Below, piece after piece: positions 36,072 through 45,952 of a DNA stretch of 64,000 nucleotides. The stretch lies in contig JAPVWO010000087.1 in the NCBI GenBank assembly GCA_027493375.1, forward strand, positions 2,853 to 66,852, in the 5' to 3' direction. The translations under genes and the position numbers were made by a program. The notes beneath the pieces are model-generated. The model worked only from the letters and a program-made list of their open reading frames with translations. It was not told where the DNA came from and did not search any database. Each line of letters starts with the position of its first letter. Position 1 is the first letter of the stretch. This stretch comes from Candidatus Multivorans thiocomprendens. Its GTDB lineage: Bacteria > Acidobacteriota > Thermoanaerobaculia > Multivoradales > Multivoraceae.

Positions 36072-37199
36072 TCAGACCGAGCGCTCGGCCAGCCACCCCT
36101 CGAGGCGCGGCCACAGGCGGCGCACCGCGTTCCCCCCGGCGACCAGGCTGACGTGGCCGCCCTTCAGCATGAGCTCCTGCCTGTCTTCGGAGCCGACCAT
36201 TCCGACCAGGTCGCGGGCCGCCTCGTACGGCACGATGTGGTCGTGCTCCGCGACGACGTGGATGAAGGGGACCTTGATGTTCGACAGGTCGACGAGCCTG
36301 CCGCCGAGCCGGAACTCGCCCTTGATCAGCAGGTTCTGCTGCTGGAGCTCCTTCGTCGTCTGGCGGAAGCACTCGCCCGGGAACGGGATCTGGTCGGCGG
36401 CCCAGCGCTGGAGTCGGCGGTACGAGGTCACGAACTCGTCGTTCCACATGTTGTCCCAGAGACGCACCCGGCCCGCGACCTGTGACGCCGGCCGCAGTGC
36501 GTTGAAGGAGGCGTAGAGCATCTGGGGCGGGACGTTGCCCAGTCGATCGACGATCCGGTCGACGTCGAAGTGGGCCGGGTCCGTCCAGGTCCTGAAGAGT
36601 CCCATCCCGTCGTAGTCGACCGGGGTCGTGAAGCAGGCCAGGTTGCGCAGCCGCCCGCCGGACGACGCATCCGGATGAAGCGCCGCGTACAGCGCGCCCA
36701 GCAGCCCGCCCATGCAGTAGGCGACGATCGACACGTCGGGTTCGCCGCTCCGCTCGTGGACGACCTCCACGCACTCGGGAATGAAGTCGAGCACGTAGTC
36801 CTCCAGCCGCAGGCGGCTGTCCTCGGGCCGGGGCGTGCCCCAGTCGATCATGTAGACGTCGAAGCCGCGGTCGAGCAGAAACTCGATCAGGCTGTGGCCC
36901 GGCGCCAGGTCGAGGATGTAGGGCTTGCTGATCAGCGACATGACCAGCAGGATCGGCGTCCGGTACACCTCGTCCACCCGCGCCCGGTAGTGATACAGGC
37001 GGAGCGTGCCCCGGCTGTGGACCGTGTCCTTCGGCGTCAGGCCTACGCCCGGATCGCCCGTGGAGATGTACTCCAGGCCCTTGACGCTCCGCCGGAACGC
37101 GCGCTCCATTTCGCGCCGTACGCTCTCCGCGACCCCGGCGGTCGCGTCCAGTACGGGCGTCGCGCTGCGGGCCGAAGGGCCGGCCGACGCCGTCGTCAT
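36072..37199 (-). CDS. phaC: class III poly(R)-hydroxyalkanoate synthase, PhaC subunit
   Basis: 375 aa from the ATG at 37199 (ATGA overlap with the upstream gene). PILLVMSLISKPYILDL, FDVYMIDWG, lipase-box IVAYCMGG, HIVP. The longer 573-aa ORF-track N-terminus overlaps phaE in another frame and is rejected. Confidence 0.85.
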   Translation of the reverse strand: MTTASAGPSARSATPVLDATAGVAESVRREMERAFRRSVKGLEYISTGDPGVGLTPKDTVHSRGTLRLYHYRARVDEVYRTPILLVMSLISKPYILDLAPGHSLIEFLLDRGFDVYMIDWGTPRPEDSRLRLEDYVLDFIPECVEVVHERSGEPDVSIVAYCMGGLLGALYAALHPDASSGGRLRNLACFTTPVDYDGMGLFRTWTDPAHFDVDRIVDRLGNVPPQMLYASFNALRPASQVAGRVRLWDNMWNDEFVTSYRRLQRWAADQIPFPGECFRQTTKELQQQNLLIKGEFRLGGRLVDLSNIKVPFIHVVAEHDHIVPYEAARDLVGMVGSEDRQELMLKGGHVSLVAGGNAVRRLWPRLEGWLAERSV

Positions 37200-37612
37200 T
37201 CCGATGCCGACCCTTCGTCCGGAGCTGTCGCCTTCCGCTCCGACGGTGGACGGCGGGTGCGAGCGGGCCGGGGGGCCGGGTTCGCGTCGCCCTTCCGGCC
37301 GATCGCCTGGGCGAGCAACCCCTCGATCCGCAGCAGCCTCTCCTCGACCGCGGTCAAGCGCTCCGCGAGGTCGCCGAGGTCGTTCCGCGTCGGCAGGTTG
37401 ACCGCCTGGAAGTAGCGCTGCGCGCCCTCGTTCATCGTCTGCTGGAACATGGTCATCGCCTCGATCCAGCCGCCCGAGGCACGGGCGAACTGCTCCGTGC
37501 CCATCATGTCGTTGAACACCTTGTTCATCTGGTGCTCGGACTGGGTGACCCACTCGCGCCAGGCGGCGAAGGGGTCGGCGGGCGGCGAAGGGGTCGGGCG
37601 TTCGTCGGACAT
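37196..37612 (-). CDS. phaE: PHA synthase PhaE-like subunit (short form)
   Basis: 138 aa immediately upstream of and overlapping phaC. WREWVTQSE...FQQTMNEGAQRYFQAVNLPTRNDLGDLAERLTAVEERLLRIEGLL matches the conserved PhaE C-terminal box. Confidence 0.6.
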   Translation of the reverse strand: MSDERPTPSPPADPFAAWREWVTQSEHQMNKVFNDMMGTEQFARASGGWIEAMTMFQQTMNEGAQRYFQAVNLPTRNDLGDLAERLTAVEERLLRIEGLLAQAIGRKGDANPAPRPARTRRPPSERKATAPDEGSASE

Positions 37613-37621
37613 GACGGGAGC

Positions 37622-37957
37622 TTACGCCGACTCCTCCGCCCGCGCGGTGAGCGAGTCGAGGTAACTGTTCGCCAGACCGAAGCTCGCGTCGACCGCGGAG
37701 CGGTAGGAGTTGCGACCGTCCTGGAACAACCGGACCCACTCCTGGACCAGGCTCTTGGCCTCGGCCGGAAGCCGCTCGGAGTTCTCGGTCCACTTGGTGA
37801 TCGTTTCTTCGCGGCGCTCCTGCATGGAAGCCACCATGTCGAAGCTGGTGTCGAACACGCGCTTCTGGAAGTCGAGCGCCTGCCGGTTGGCATCGATCAA
37901 CGAGCCGCGCCAGGCCTGGCTCGGGCTCTTCGTCGCGGTGGTTGTGCTGGTCGTCAT
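37622..37957 (-). CDS. phasin family PHA-granule protein
   Basis: 111 aa from the ATG at 37957, with GGAG 7-8 nt upstream. Helical, phasin-like (ANRQALDFQKRVFDTSFDMV...). Sits between phaE and divergent phaR. Confidence 0.6.
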   Translation of the reverse strand: MTTSTTTATKSPSQAWRGSLIDANRQALDFQKRVFDTSFDMVASMQERREETITKWTENSERLPAEAKSLVQEWVRLFQDGRNSYRSAVDASFGLANSYLDSLTARAEESA

Positions 37958-38090
37958 CTGAGGTCTCCTGAGTGGTACGATCCGTTGCTCGGACGGCCCA
38001 CGTGCCTCTGCCCCACCGGGTCTCGCGGCTCGCAGGCCTGTTTCGTCGGTTGCACTAGTGACGGCCGCTTCACTTGACGATGTCCGTCTT

Positions 38091-38131
38091 GTGCAACGCA
38101 GCAAGAATGCTGCACAATATGCTGCACTGTG
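38091..38131. promoter_or_regulatory. candidate PhaR operator (three TGCTGC-type half sites) in the phasin/phaR divergent promoter region
   Basis: gtgcaacgcagca agaa tgctgcac aata tgctgcac tgtg: one inverted copy and two direct copies of TGCTGC(A/G)(C/T), 53 nt upstream of the phaR ATG. Confidence 0.4.
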
Positions 38132-38183
38132 TCAACCCCCCTCCGCATGACCGACTCCTCGCGGCTCGACCCACACCCGTGAC

Positions 38184-38804
38184 ATGAACACTTCCCGCAA
38201 GTCGCTCGCGCCGATCGTCATCAAGAAGTACGAAAACCGCCGGCTGTACGACACCCACAACAGCCGCTACGTGAACCTCGAGAGTGTCGCCGAACTCGTC
38301 CGCGGCGGGCGGGACATCCAGGTCGTCGACTCGAAGACGGGAGAGGACGTCACCCGCCACGTTCTGACCCAGATCATCGTCGACGGCGCGAAAGATCCGG
38401 AGCACGGACCGCCGCTCGAGTTCCTCCGCGACCTGGTGAGGGCGCGGGACCAGGCGGGCCGGGACTTCTTCCAGTGGTACCTGAAGAGCGCCGGCGAAGT
38501 CTACGAACGGGTCCGCGAGACGATGCAGCGAAGCCCGTTCGCGCCGGACCCGTCCTGGATGCGCCTCTGGGACCCTCGCGCCATGGCGGAGGAGATGCAC
38601 GCGCAGATGACGCGGCAGATGGAGGGGGTGTTCGGCAGAGGCGGCGGCGCCGGCCGCGGCCGTGAAGCTCAAGAGCCGCCGGCCCCTCCACCCACGGCCG
38701 CATCCGCGCCCGAAGACGGCGGCGACGCCACGCGCGCCGAACTCGACGAACTGAAGGGCCGGCTCCAGGACCTGGAGCGCCGCCTGGCGGACGCTCCCGA
38801 CTGA
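38184..38804 (+). CDS. phaR: polyhydroxyalkanoate synthesis repressor PhaR
   Basis: 206 aa. IKKYENRRLYDTHNSRYVNLESVAELVRGGRDIQVVDSKTGEDVTRHVLTQII is the canonical PhaR N-terminal DNA-binding domain. Confidence 0.9.
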   Translation: MNTSRKSLAPIVIKKYENRRLYDTHNSRYVNLESVAELVRGGRDIQVVDSKTGEDVTRHVLTQIIVDGAKDPEHGPPLEFLRDLVRARDQAGRDFFQWYLKSAGEVYERVRETMQRSPFAPDPSWMRLWDPRAMAEEMHAQMTRQMEGVFGRGGGAGRGREAQEPPAPPPTAASAPEDGGDATRAELDELKGRLQDLERRLADAPD

Positions 38805-38826
38805 CCCGGTACGGAGGCGCGACGCA

Positions 38827-39702
38827 ATGCCCCTCTCCACCGCCGCGGCCGGCTGCGAACTCAGCTCCTCGACGGTCGAGGCCACCGTACGCGACGTGCT
38901 CGCCTACGCCGCCGGCATCGGCGACACCTGCGACGCGGTGTTCGACGACGCCCGGAGCGGCGGCGTCGCGGCGCCGCCTTCGTACTGCGTGTCGCTCGAG
39001 TGGCCCGTCGTCAGCCGCGGCCGCGGCTCCGAGCTCCTCGGCGGCGAGCCGCACGAGCTGAGGCGCGGCGTTCACGCCAGCCAGGACTCCCACTTCCACC
39101 GGCCGATCCGCCCCGGCGATTCGCTGACCACCCGCGGCCGCTACGTCGGCATCCGGAGCACGCGGGCCGGCGCGCTGCTGACCACCCGCCTCGACACGGT
39201 CGACGGGAAGGGCCGCCCGGTCACGACCTCCTGGTCGCGTTCGATCTTCCGCGGCGTCGACACGACGGGCCCCAACGCCGAGACGGAGCCGGCGCCCGAG
39301 ACTCCCAGGCTGTCCTGGAACGGGAACGGCCGGCAGCGGAGCGAGATCTTCGTGCCGCGGGGGTTGCCGCACGTCTATACCGAGTGCGCGCGGATCTGGA
39401 ACCCGATCCACACGGAACGCGAGGTGGCACTCGCCGCCGGCCTGCCCGACATCATCCTCCATGGCACCGCGACCTGGGCTCTCGCCGGCCGCGAGGTGCT
39501 CCGCGCCCACGGCGGCGGCGACCCGCTCCGGCTCAGACGGCTCCACGGCCGGTTCAGCGCGATGGTCATCCCCGGCACGACGATCGCGGTGGAGCACGCG
39601 CCCGCCGGCGAGGCGGAAGACGGCGGACGCCTCGTCGCCTTCCGGGTCCTCAACGCGGAGGGCCAGGAGGCGGTGAGCCAGGGCGTCGCGGTCGTCGCGT
39701 AG
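38827..39702 (+). CDS. MaoC-like (double hot-dog) dehydratase / (R)-specific enoyl-CoA hydratase family
   Basis: 291 aa. YAAGIGD...HASQDSHFHRPIRPGD in the N-half and IWNPIHTEREVALAAGLPDIILHGT in the C-half (MaoC hydratase motif). Confidence 0.7.
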   Translation: MPLSTAAAGCELSSSTVEATVRDVLAYAAGIGDTCDAVFDDARSGGVAAPPSYCVSLEWPVVSRGRGSELLGGEPHELRRGVHASQDSHFHRPIRPGDSLTTRGRYVGIRSTRAGALLTTRLDTVDGKGRPVTTSWSRSIFRGVDTTGPNAETEPAPETPRLSWNGNGRQRSEIFVPRGLPHVYTECARIWNPIHTEREVALAAGLPDIILHGTATWALAGREVLRAHGGGDPLRLRRLHGRFSAMVIPGTTIAVEHAPAGEAEDGGRLVAFRVLNAEGQEAVSQGVAVVA

Positions 39703-39751
39703 AGTACCGGCCCCGATCGACAGCAGGACCAACCGACGGAGACACGAAGAG

Positions 39752-40660
39752 ATGGGAATCCTCGAAGGCAGGACGGCAATCGTCACCGGCGCCGGACGCG
39801 GCATCGGCAAGGGCATCGCGATCAGGTTCGCGGAGGAGGGCGCGAACGTGGTGGTCAACGACCTGGGCGGCGCGACCGACGGCACCGGCGGTTCGCGAAT
39901 CGCCGACGAGGTGGTCGAGGAGATCCGGAGCGCCGGCGGTTCGGCGGTTGCGAACTACGACTCCGTGGCCACCGTCGAGGGCGGACAGAACATCTTCCAG
40001 ACCGCGATCGACTCGTTCGGCGGCCTGGACATCCTCGTGAACAACGCCGGCATCCTGCGCGACCGGACGATCTTCAACCTGGAAGAGACCGACTGGGACG
40101 CCGTGCTCGACGTCCACCTGAAGGGCCACTACTGCTGCAGCCGGCCGTTCGCCCGCTACATCCGCGAGACGAACCGCCCGGACTGCCGGATCATCAACTT
40201 CTCCTCGGTGTCGGGCCTCTACGGCAACTTCGGCCAGTCCAACTACGCCGCCGCCAAGGCCGGCATTGCCGGTCTTTCCCGGGTCCTGGCGCTGGAGCTG
40301 GCCAAGTACCGCTGCACCGTCAACACGATCTCGCCGGGCGCCACGACGCGGATGACGGCCGAGCTGCGAGCCGGCCGCGGCATGGAGATCGACGAGGACG
40401 CGCCGGAGCAGAGTCCGAATCAGATCGCGCCGGTCTGCGCCTGGCTGGCATCCGACGCGGGCGCGGACATGACCGCCCAGATCATCGACGTGATGCGCGG
40501 CTGGGTCGGCATCATGCAGCAGCCCAAGGTGATCCGGAAGTTCAGCAAGGACGGCATGTGGGACAGCCGCGACATCGACCTGATCATGCCGCAGTTGCTC
40601 AAGGCGAAGCAGGACCACGACGAGGCGGTCGACGCGAAGGCGGAGCCGACGCCGGTCTAG
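39752..40660 (+). CDS. SDR family NAD(P)-dependent oxidoreductase (MFE-2 dehydrogenase-like)
   Basis: 302 aa. TGAGRGIGKGIA (TGxxxGxG), NNAGI, SSVSG...YAAAK (S-Y-K triad). Confidence 0.85.
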   Translation: MGILEGRTAIVTGAGRGIGKGIAIRFAEEGANVVVNDLGGATDGTGGSRIADEVVEEIRSAGGSAVANYDSVATVEGGQNIFQTAIDSFGGLDILVNNAGILRDRTIFNLEETDWDAVLDVHLKGHYCCSRPFARYIRETNRPDCRIINFSSVSGLYGNFGQSNYAAAKAGIAGLSRVLALELAKYRCTVNTISPGATTRMTAELRAGRGMEIDEDAPEQSPNQIAPVCAWLASDAGADMTAQIIDVMRGWVGIMQQPKVIRKFSKDGMWDSRDIDLIMPQLLKAKQDHDEAVDAKAEPTPV

Positions 40661-40679
40661 CGCGCTTCCTGGCGCCGGA

Positions 40680-40916
40680 TCAGGTCAGCCAGCGGACGTA
40701 CCAGGGCGTCCCGTCCGCCTTCTGCTGCTCCTTGTAGCGCTGGCGCTCCAGCTTCCTCAGGAACGCCTCGCCCTTGTCGAAGCAGCAGTCCTTGTACTTC
40801 CTGCCGCTGCCGCAGGGGCAGGGTTCGTTGCGCTGCACCTTGCTGAAGCGCCGCGGCGCGGTAACCACCGATTTGCGGGTCGCGATCGCGTTGCTCAGCC
40901 GTCGTCCGCGTTTCAT
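40680..40916 (-). CDS. small SEC-C motif metal-binding protein
   Basis: 78 aa containing CPCGSGRKYKDCC. Confidence 0.75.
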   Translation of the reverse strand: MKRGRRLSNAIATRKSVVTAPRRFSKVQRNEPCPCGSGRKYKDCCFDKGEAFLRKLERQRYKEQQKADGTPWYVRWLT

Positions 40917-41122
40917 CGACTCACCGTGGTCCCTCGTCTGCCGGTCCTTCGCATGGTCTCCTTCGCGCCGCCGGCCGCGGCCGAGCGAACGAAGCGCTCC
41001 GAGCCCTGTAACATAGCAGCCGTACCGTCACCGGGCGAGGCCGGCAATGGCCGACCGTCAGCGCGCCCCCGGACGATCCGCAGCCCGGACGATATGACCG
41101 CCACACGCAAGCCGAGGCTGAC

Positions 41123-42454
41123 ATGAGAATCTGCGTTGTCGGCTCCGGCTACGTCGGCCTGGTGACGGGGGCCTGCCTGGCGGACTTCGGCATGGATGTC
41201 GTCTGCGTCGACCAGGACGAGTCGAAGATCGCCCAGTTGCAGGCGGGCCGGATTCCGATCTACGAGCCAGGCTTGGCGACCCTGGTTGCCAAGAACGAGG
41301 AAGCCGGACGCCTGGGTTTCACGACCGAGCCGGGGCCGGCTCTTGAAGCCGCAACGGCTGTCTTCATCGCCGTCGGCACGCCGCCCCGCGAGGACGGCTC
41401 TTCGGATCTCCGCTACGTCCGCGAGGTGGCCCAGGCAATCCGTGGAAGGCTCAACAGCTACAAGGCAATCGTCACCAAGAGCACCGTGCCGGTCGGCACC
41501 GGCCGAATGATCGAAGACATCATCGGTCGCGGCCGCACCTTCTCCGTTGTCAGCAACCCCGAGTTCCTGCGCGAGGGCTCGGCCATCGAGGACTTCATGC
41601 GGCCGGACCGCCTGGTCATCGGCAGCCGCGACCAGCGCGCCACCGACATCATGCTCGAGATCTACTCGCCGCTCCGCGCGCGCGGCGTCCCGATCGTGGT
41701 CACGGACGTCGAGACCGCGGAGATGATCAAGTACGCCTCCAACAGCTTCCTGGCCACCCGCATCTCCTTCATCAACGAAGTGGCGGAGTTGTGCGAGCGA
41801 ACCGGGGCCGATGTCCAGGTCGTTGCCCATGGCATGGGCCTGGATCGCCGGATCGGACCGCTGTTCCTGCGCCCGGGGCCGGGCTTCGGCGGGTCATGCT
41901 TTCCCAAGGACACGCGGGCCATGGTTTCCATGGCGCGCGACGCCGGCGCCCGAGCCGAGATCGTCGAAGCAACCCTTCACGTCAACCATCGAATCCAGGA
42001 ACGGATGCTCGCCAGGATCGAGTCCGTGCTCGGTAGTCCCGAAGGCCGGAACGTGGCGCTGCTGGGACTGTCCTTCAAGCCCAACACGGACGACATCCGT
42101 GAATCTCCCGCGATGTTCGTGCTCGAGAACCTCCTGTCGCGGGGCGCGACGGTCCGGGTCTACGATCCAGCGGCGATGGAGAACGCCCGCCGCATTCGCC
42201 CGGAAGCCGTCTACTGCAGTGACCCGTACGAAGTGGCCGAGGACGCCGACCTGCTGGTCATCCTGACCGAGTGGAACCAGTTCCGGGCGCTCGAGTTCGA
42301 GCGGCTGAGGCAGTTGCTGCGCGAGCCTCAGATACTCGATCTGCGCAATCTCTACGAGCCTGGACGCGTGGCGGACGCCGGCCTCAGATACTCCTCGCTC
42401 GGGCGCGCCGACGCCGTCCCGGCCGCTGCAGTTCCGGGAGTGAAGGCCTCGTGA
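41123..42454 (+). CDS. ugd: UDP-glucose 6-dehydrogenase
   Basis: 443 aa. [20 protein letters not shown] Rossmann motif, [10 protein letters not shown], catalytic [10 protein letters not shown]. Confidence 0.9.
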   Translation: MRICVVGSGYVGLVTGACLADFGMDVVCVDQDESKIAQLQAGRIPIYEPGLATLVAKNEEAGRLGFTTEPGPALEAATAVFIAVGTPPREDGSSDLRYVREVAQAIRGRLNSYKAIVTKSTVPVGTGRMIEDIIGRGRTFSVVSNPEFLREGSAIEDFMRPDRLVIGSRDQRATDIMLEIYSPLRARGVPIVVTDVETAEMIKYASNSFLATRISFINEVAELCERTGADVQVVAHGMGLDRRIGPLFLRPGPGFGGSCFPKDTRAMVSMARDAGARAEIVEATLHVNHRIQERMLARIESVLGSPEGRNVALLGLSFKPNTDDIRESPAMFVLENLLSRGATVRVYDPAAMENARRIRPEAVYCSDPYEVAEDADLLVILTEWNQFRALEFERLRQLLREPQILDLRNLYEPGRVADAGLRYSSLGRADAVPAAAVPGVKAS

Positions 42455-43410
42455 GCCAACCGCTTTCCGTGGTCACCGGCGGCGCCGGTTTCATCGGCTC
42501 CCATCTCTGCGAACGGTTGCTCGCAGAGGGTCACCGCGTCTACTGCGTCGACAACTTCATCACCGGCAGCCCGGCGAACATCGAACACCTGCGCGACAAC
42601 GAGCGCTTCACGCTGATCGAGCACGATGTCAGCAAGCCGGTCTACGTCGGGCCCGACGTCGACAACGTTCTCCACTTCGCCTCGCCGGCAAGCCCGGTCG
42701 ACTACCTGGAACTCCCGATCCAGACGCTCAAGGTGGGATCGCTCGGCACCCACAACTCGCTCGGCCTGGCCAAGCACCACGGCGCCCGCTACCTGCTCGC
42801 CTCGACGTCGGAGGTCTACGGCGATCCCCTGGTCCACCCGCAGCCGGAGTCCTACTGGGGCAACGTGAACCCGGTCGGTCCGCGCGGCGTCTACGACGAG
42901 GCGAAGCGCTTCGCGGAAGCGATGGTCATGGCCTACCACCGGATCCACGGCCTCGACACCCGGATCGTCCGCATCTTCAACACGTACGGACCGCGGATGC
43001 GGCTCCGCGACGGTCGCGTCGTGCCGAACTTCATCCGCCAGGCACTCTCGGGCAGACCGATGACCGTCTACGGCGACGGCAGCCAGACGCGTTCCTTCTG
43101 CTACATCGACGACCTGGTCGAAGGAGTCTGGCGGCTTCTCAATTCCTCGGAGACCGACCCCGTCAACCTCGGCAACCCGCGCGAGATGACCGTGCTCGAG
43201 TTCGCCCGGGTCATCCAGGGTCTGACCGGGAGTCGCAGCGACATCGAGTTCCAGTCCCTGCCGGTCGACGACCCGAAGACGCGCCAGCCCGACATCACCC
43301 GCGCCACCGGCGTGCTCGACTGGGAGCCCCAGGTGGACCTGGAGGCCGGCCTGGAGAAGACGATCCGCTACTTCGCGGACCTGCTGGGAGACCAGGAGCT
43401 TGGGCCGTAG
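42451..43410 (+). CDS. uxs: UDP-glucuronate decarboxylase (UDP-xylose synthase)
   Basis: In-frame GTG at 42451 (GTGA overlap with ugd). [32 protein letters not shown] (YxxxK), [10 protein letters not shown]. Confidence 0.85.
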   Translation: MSQPLSVVTGGAGFIGSHLCERLLAEGHRVYCVDNFITGSPANIEHLRDNERFTLIEHDVSKPVYVGPDVDNVLHFASPASPVDYLELPIQTLKVGSLGTHNSLGLAKHHGARYLLASTSEVYGDPLVHPQPESYWGNVNPVGPRGVYDEAKRFAEAMVMAYHRIHGLDTRIVRIFNTYGPRMRLRDGRVVPNFIRQALSGRPMTVYGDGSQTRSFCYIDDLVEGVWRLLNSSETDPVNLGNPREMTVLEFARVIQGLTGSRSDIEFQSLPVDDPKTRQPDITRATGVLDWEPQVDLEAGLEKTIRYFADLLGDQELGP

Positions 43411-43486
43411 AAGGCAGCGGCCTGTAGGATCGGGCGATCTCCCGAGCCACGCCAGCCAGGAGATGGACAGAACCAGCCACGAGGAG

Positions 43487-44038
43487 ATGTCCATGAACCT
43501 GATCGCTTCCAGTTCCAGAGCCCTCCCCGCAGTCATCCTCGGCGCCGCGCTCGCCGTTGCCTGGTTTGCCGGCACTCCGGCAGCCGCCCAGGACGAACGC
43601 TTCGTCGGCATCTGGCAGAAGGACATCTCGCGCAGCGACGCGCCCTGGCCCGGGCGGCCCGATCGACCGCAACCGAACGCGGCCGACATCGAGATCGAGT
43701 TCCGCCTGGTCGGCGACGATGTCGAGTTGACCCAGACCAGCCGCCGGCGCGACTGGCCTACCCCCCAAAACCTCAACGTCACGTACATCACGAACAACAG
43801 GCCGCACGCGGCGGCCGACCTGGGCAGCGGCCGGATGCAGGAAGTGCGGGCCAGGTGGCGGAAGAAGAAACTGACCGTTTCGTTCACGGTCAGCCTGCCG
43901 GGCTTCGAGGCGGACGTACAGCAGATCTGGGAGATAACCAAGCAGGGCGACCTGTTGCAGACCGTCGCCGGACGTGGCGCCGAGGGCCGCCCCGACATCC
44001 GCAGGAACTACTTCGTCCGCGCCTCGACCGTCCAGTAG
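43487..44038 (+). CDS. exported hypothetical protein
   Basis: Signal peptide MSMNLIASSSRALPAVILGAALAVAWFAGTPAAAQ. Start is 43487 or 43493 (GGAG upstream). No family recognised. Confidence 0.5.
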   Translation: MSMNLIASSSRALPAVILGAALAVAWFAGTPAAAQDERFVGIWQKDISRSDAPWPGRPDRPQPNAADIEIEFRLVGDDVELTQTSRRRDWPTPQNLNVTYITNNRPHAAADLGSGRMQEVRARWRKKKLTVSFTVSLPGFEADVQQIWEITKQGDLLQTVAGRGAEGRPDIRRNYFVRASTVQ

Positions 44039-44129
44039 CCGGACCTCACGCACGCCAACGAACGAAAACGAACCGGTCCGGCGTCGGGCTGCGCCGACGC
44101 GGACTGCGAGGAAGCAGGAGCAATCAAGA

Positions 44130-45248
44130 ATGCGGACAGCGATCGGCATAGGGAGCGCGTACGCCTCCGGAACGAACTGGGACGCCCTGGCGGAGTACGT
44201 CGTCGAGGCGGACCGCATGGGCATCGACGACGTCTGGTCGGCGGAGGCCTGGGGCACCGACGCGGTGACTCCGCTCGCCTTTCTCGCCGGGCGGACCGAG
44301 CGGGTCCGTCTCGGCACCGGCATCATGCAGATCTCGGCGCGGGCGCCGTCGATGACCGCGATGACCGCGATGTCGCTGGCGTCCATCTCGAGGGACCGCT
44401 TCGTGCTGGGACTCGGCGTCAGCGGCCCGCAGGTGGTCGAGGGTCTTCACGGCGTGCCCTTCGCCATGCCGCTGGGCCGCCTCCGCGAGTACGTCGACAT
44501 CCTGAAGATTGCCCTGTCGGGCGAGAAGATCGCGTACGACGGCAGGCACTACACCCTGCCCCGGCCGGGAGGCGAGGGCAAGGCGATCCGGATGTCGCAG
44601 CCGCCCCGGCCCGACCTGCCGATCTACCTCGCGACCCTAGGTCCGAAGTCCCTGGAGTACACCGGCGAGGTCGCCGACGGCTGGCTCGGCACGTCCTTCA
44701 TCCCGGAGCACACCGACGCCTTCTTCCCGGCGATGCGCGCCGGCGCCGAGCGCGCCGGCAGGTCGTTCGGAGACATTGACATCCAGGTTGGCGGCGACGT
44801 CGAGTTCGGCGACGACCTGGAACGGATGGCCACCCGCCGCAAGCCGGCGATGGCCTTCACCCTCGGCGCGATGGGCTCGGCGCAGACGAACTTCTACAAC
44901 GACGCCTACCGCCGTGCCGGCTTTATCGAAACCGCCCGTGAGGTGCAGGCTCTCTGGATCTCCGGCAAGCGGGAGGAGGCCGCGGCGCGGGTTCCGGACG
45001 AGATGGTGCTCGGCAACACCCTGATCGGCGACGAGGCCCGCGTCCGCGCGCGCATTCGCGCCTACCGCGACGCCGGCGTGACCACCCTGCGCCTCAACCC
45101 GGCCGGAGCCACGGTGCGGGAGCGGCTCGACACCCTGGGCCGGTTCCTGGAGCTGGTCCGCGAGGAGGCTCCCGCCGGAGGCCAGGAACGCTGCCGGCCG
45201 CCGGCCGAGCCGCAAGCAACGGGTCCACAGCCCGGTAGTCGCCGCTGA
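44130..45248 (+). CDS. LLM-class (luciferase-like) flavin/F420-dependent oxidoreductase
   Basis: ATG at 44130 with AGGAG upstream. EADRMGIDDVWSAEAWGTDAVTPLAFLAGRTERVRLGTGIMQISARAP is typical of LLM oxidoreductases. Confidence 0.8.
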   Translation: MRTAIGIGSAYASGTNWDALAEYVVEADRMGIDDVWSAEAWGTDAVTPLAFLAGRTERVRLGTGIMQISARAPSMTAMTAMSLASISRDRFVLGLGVSGPQVVEGLHGVPFAMPLGRLREYVDILKIALSGEKIAYDGRHYTLPRPGGEGKAIRMSQPPRPDLPIYLATLGPKSLEYTGEVADGWLGTSFIPEHTDAFFPAMRAGAERAGRSFGDIDIQVGGDVEFGDDLERMATRRKPAMAFTLGAMGSAQTNFYNDAYRRAGFIETAREVQALWISGKREEAAARVPDEMVLGNTLIGDEARVRARIRAYRDAGVTTLRLNPAGATVRERLDTLGRFLELVREEAPAGGQERCRPPAEPQATGPQPGSRR

Positions 45249-45267
45249 GCATGCGACGCCGACTGGA

Positions 45268-45948
45268 ATGAGCTTCCCGGCACGGCACGGCACGGAACTC
45301 CTCGCCCACGCCGAGCGGAACCTGGGGCGCTTCGAGCAGCGCGCGCTCGACCCGGAAACCGCCGCGGCGCGGGCCGCCGAGGCTTCCGGCCACACCGGCG
45401 CGGCGCCGGCCAACGCGCACGCCGCGGTCGCCGTGACGCTGCTGCCCGACCAGAGCGGCAGCGGTTGCTTCCTGCTTACGCGGAGGTCGCTCCGGCTGCG
45501 GCGGCACCGCGGCCAGTGGGCCCTCCCGGGCGGCCGGATCGACGAGTCGGAGACACCCGAACAGGCGGCGCTCCGCGAACTCCACGAAGAGGTGGGCCTG
45601 GACCTCGACTCCTCTGCCGTCCTCGGACGACTCGACGACTTCGGCACCCGCTCCGGCTTCGTCATCACGCCGGTCGTCTTCTGGTGCGACGACTATCGCG
45701 AGCTCGAGCCGAATCCGGCCGAGGTCTACAGGGCGTACCGCATCCCCCTGATCGACCTGGACCGTCCGGACGTGCCGGTGCTGCGGGAGATACCGGAGAG
45801 CGAGAATCCCGTGCTCTCCATGCCCATCCGCGGCGGCCTCGTCCACTCGCCGACGGCAGCGATCGTGTACCAGATGCTCGAGGTCGTGCTCCGCGGCAAC
45901 GATGTCCGCGTGGCCCACTACGAGCAGCCGGTCTTCGCCTGGCGTTGA
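45268..45948 (+). CDS. NUDIX hydrolase, CoA pyrophosphatase-like
   Basis: 226 aa. LLTRRSLRLRRHRGQWALPGGRIDESETPEQAALRELHEEVGL (Nudix box GX5EX7REUXEEXGU). Confidence 0.85.
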   Translation: MSFPARHGTELLAHAERNLGRFEQRALDPETAAARAAEASGHTGAAPANAHAAVAVTLLPDQSGSGCFLLTRRSLRLRRHRGQWALPGGRIDESETPEQAALRELHEEVGLDLDSSAVLGRLDDFGTRSGFVITPVVFWCDDYRELEPNPAEVYRAYRIPLIDLDRPDVPVLREIPESENPVLSMPIRGGLVHSPTAAIVYQMLEVVLRGNDVRVAHYEQPVFAWR

Positions 45949-45952
45949 CTCG

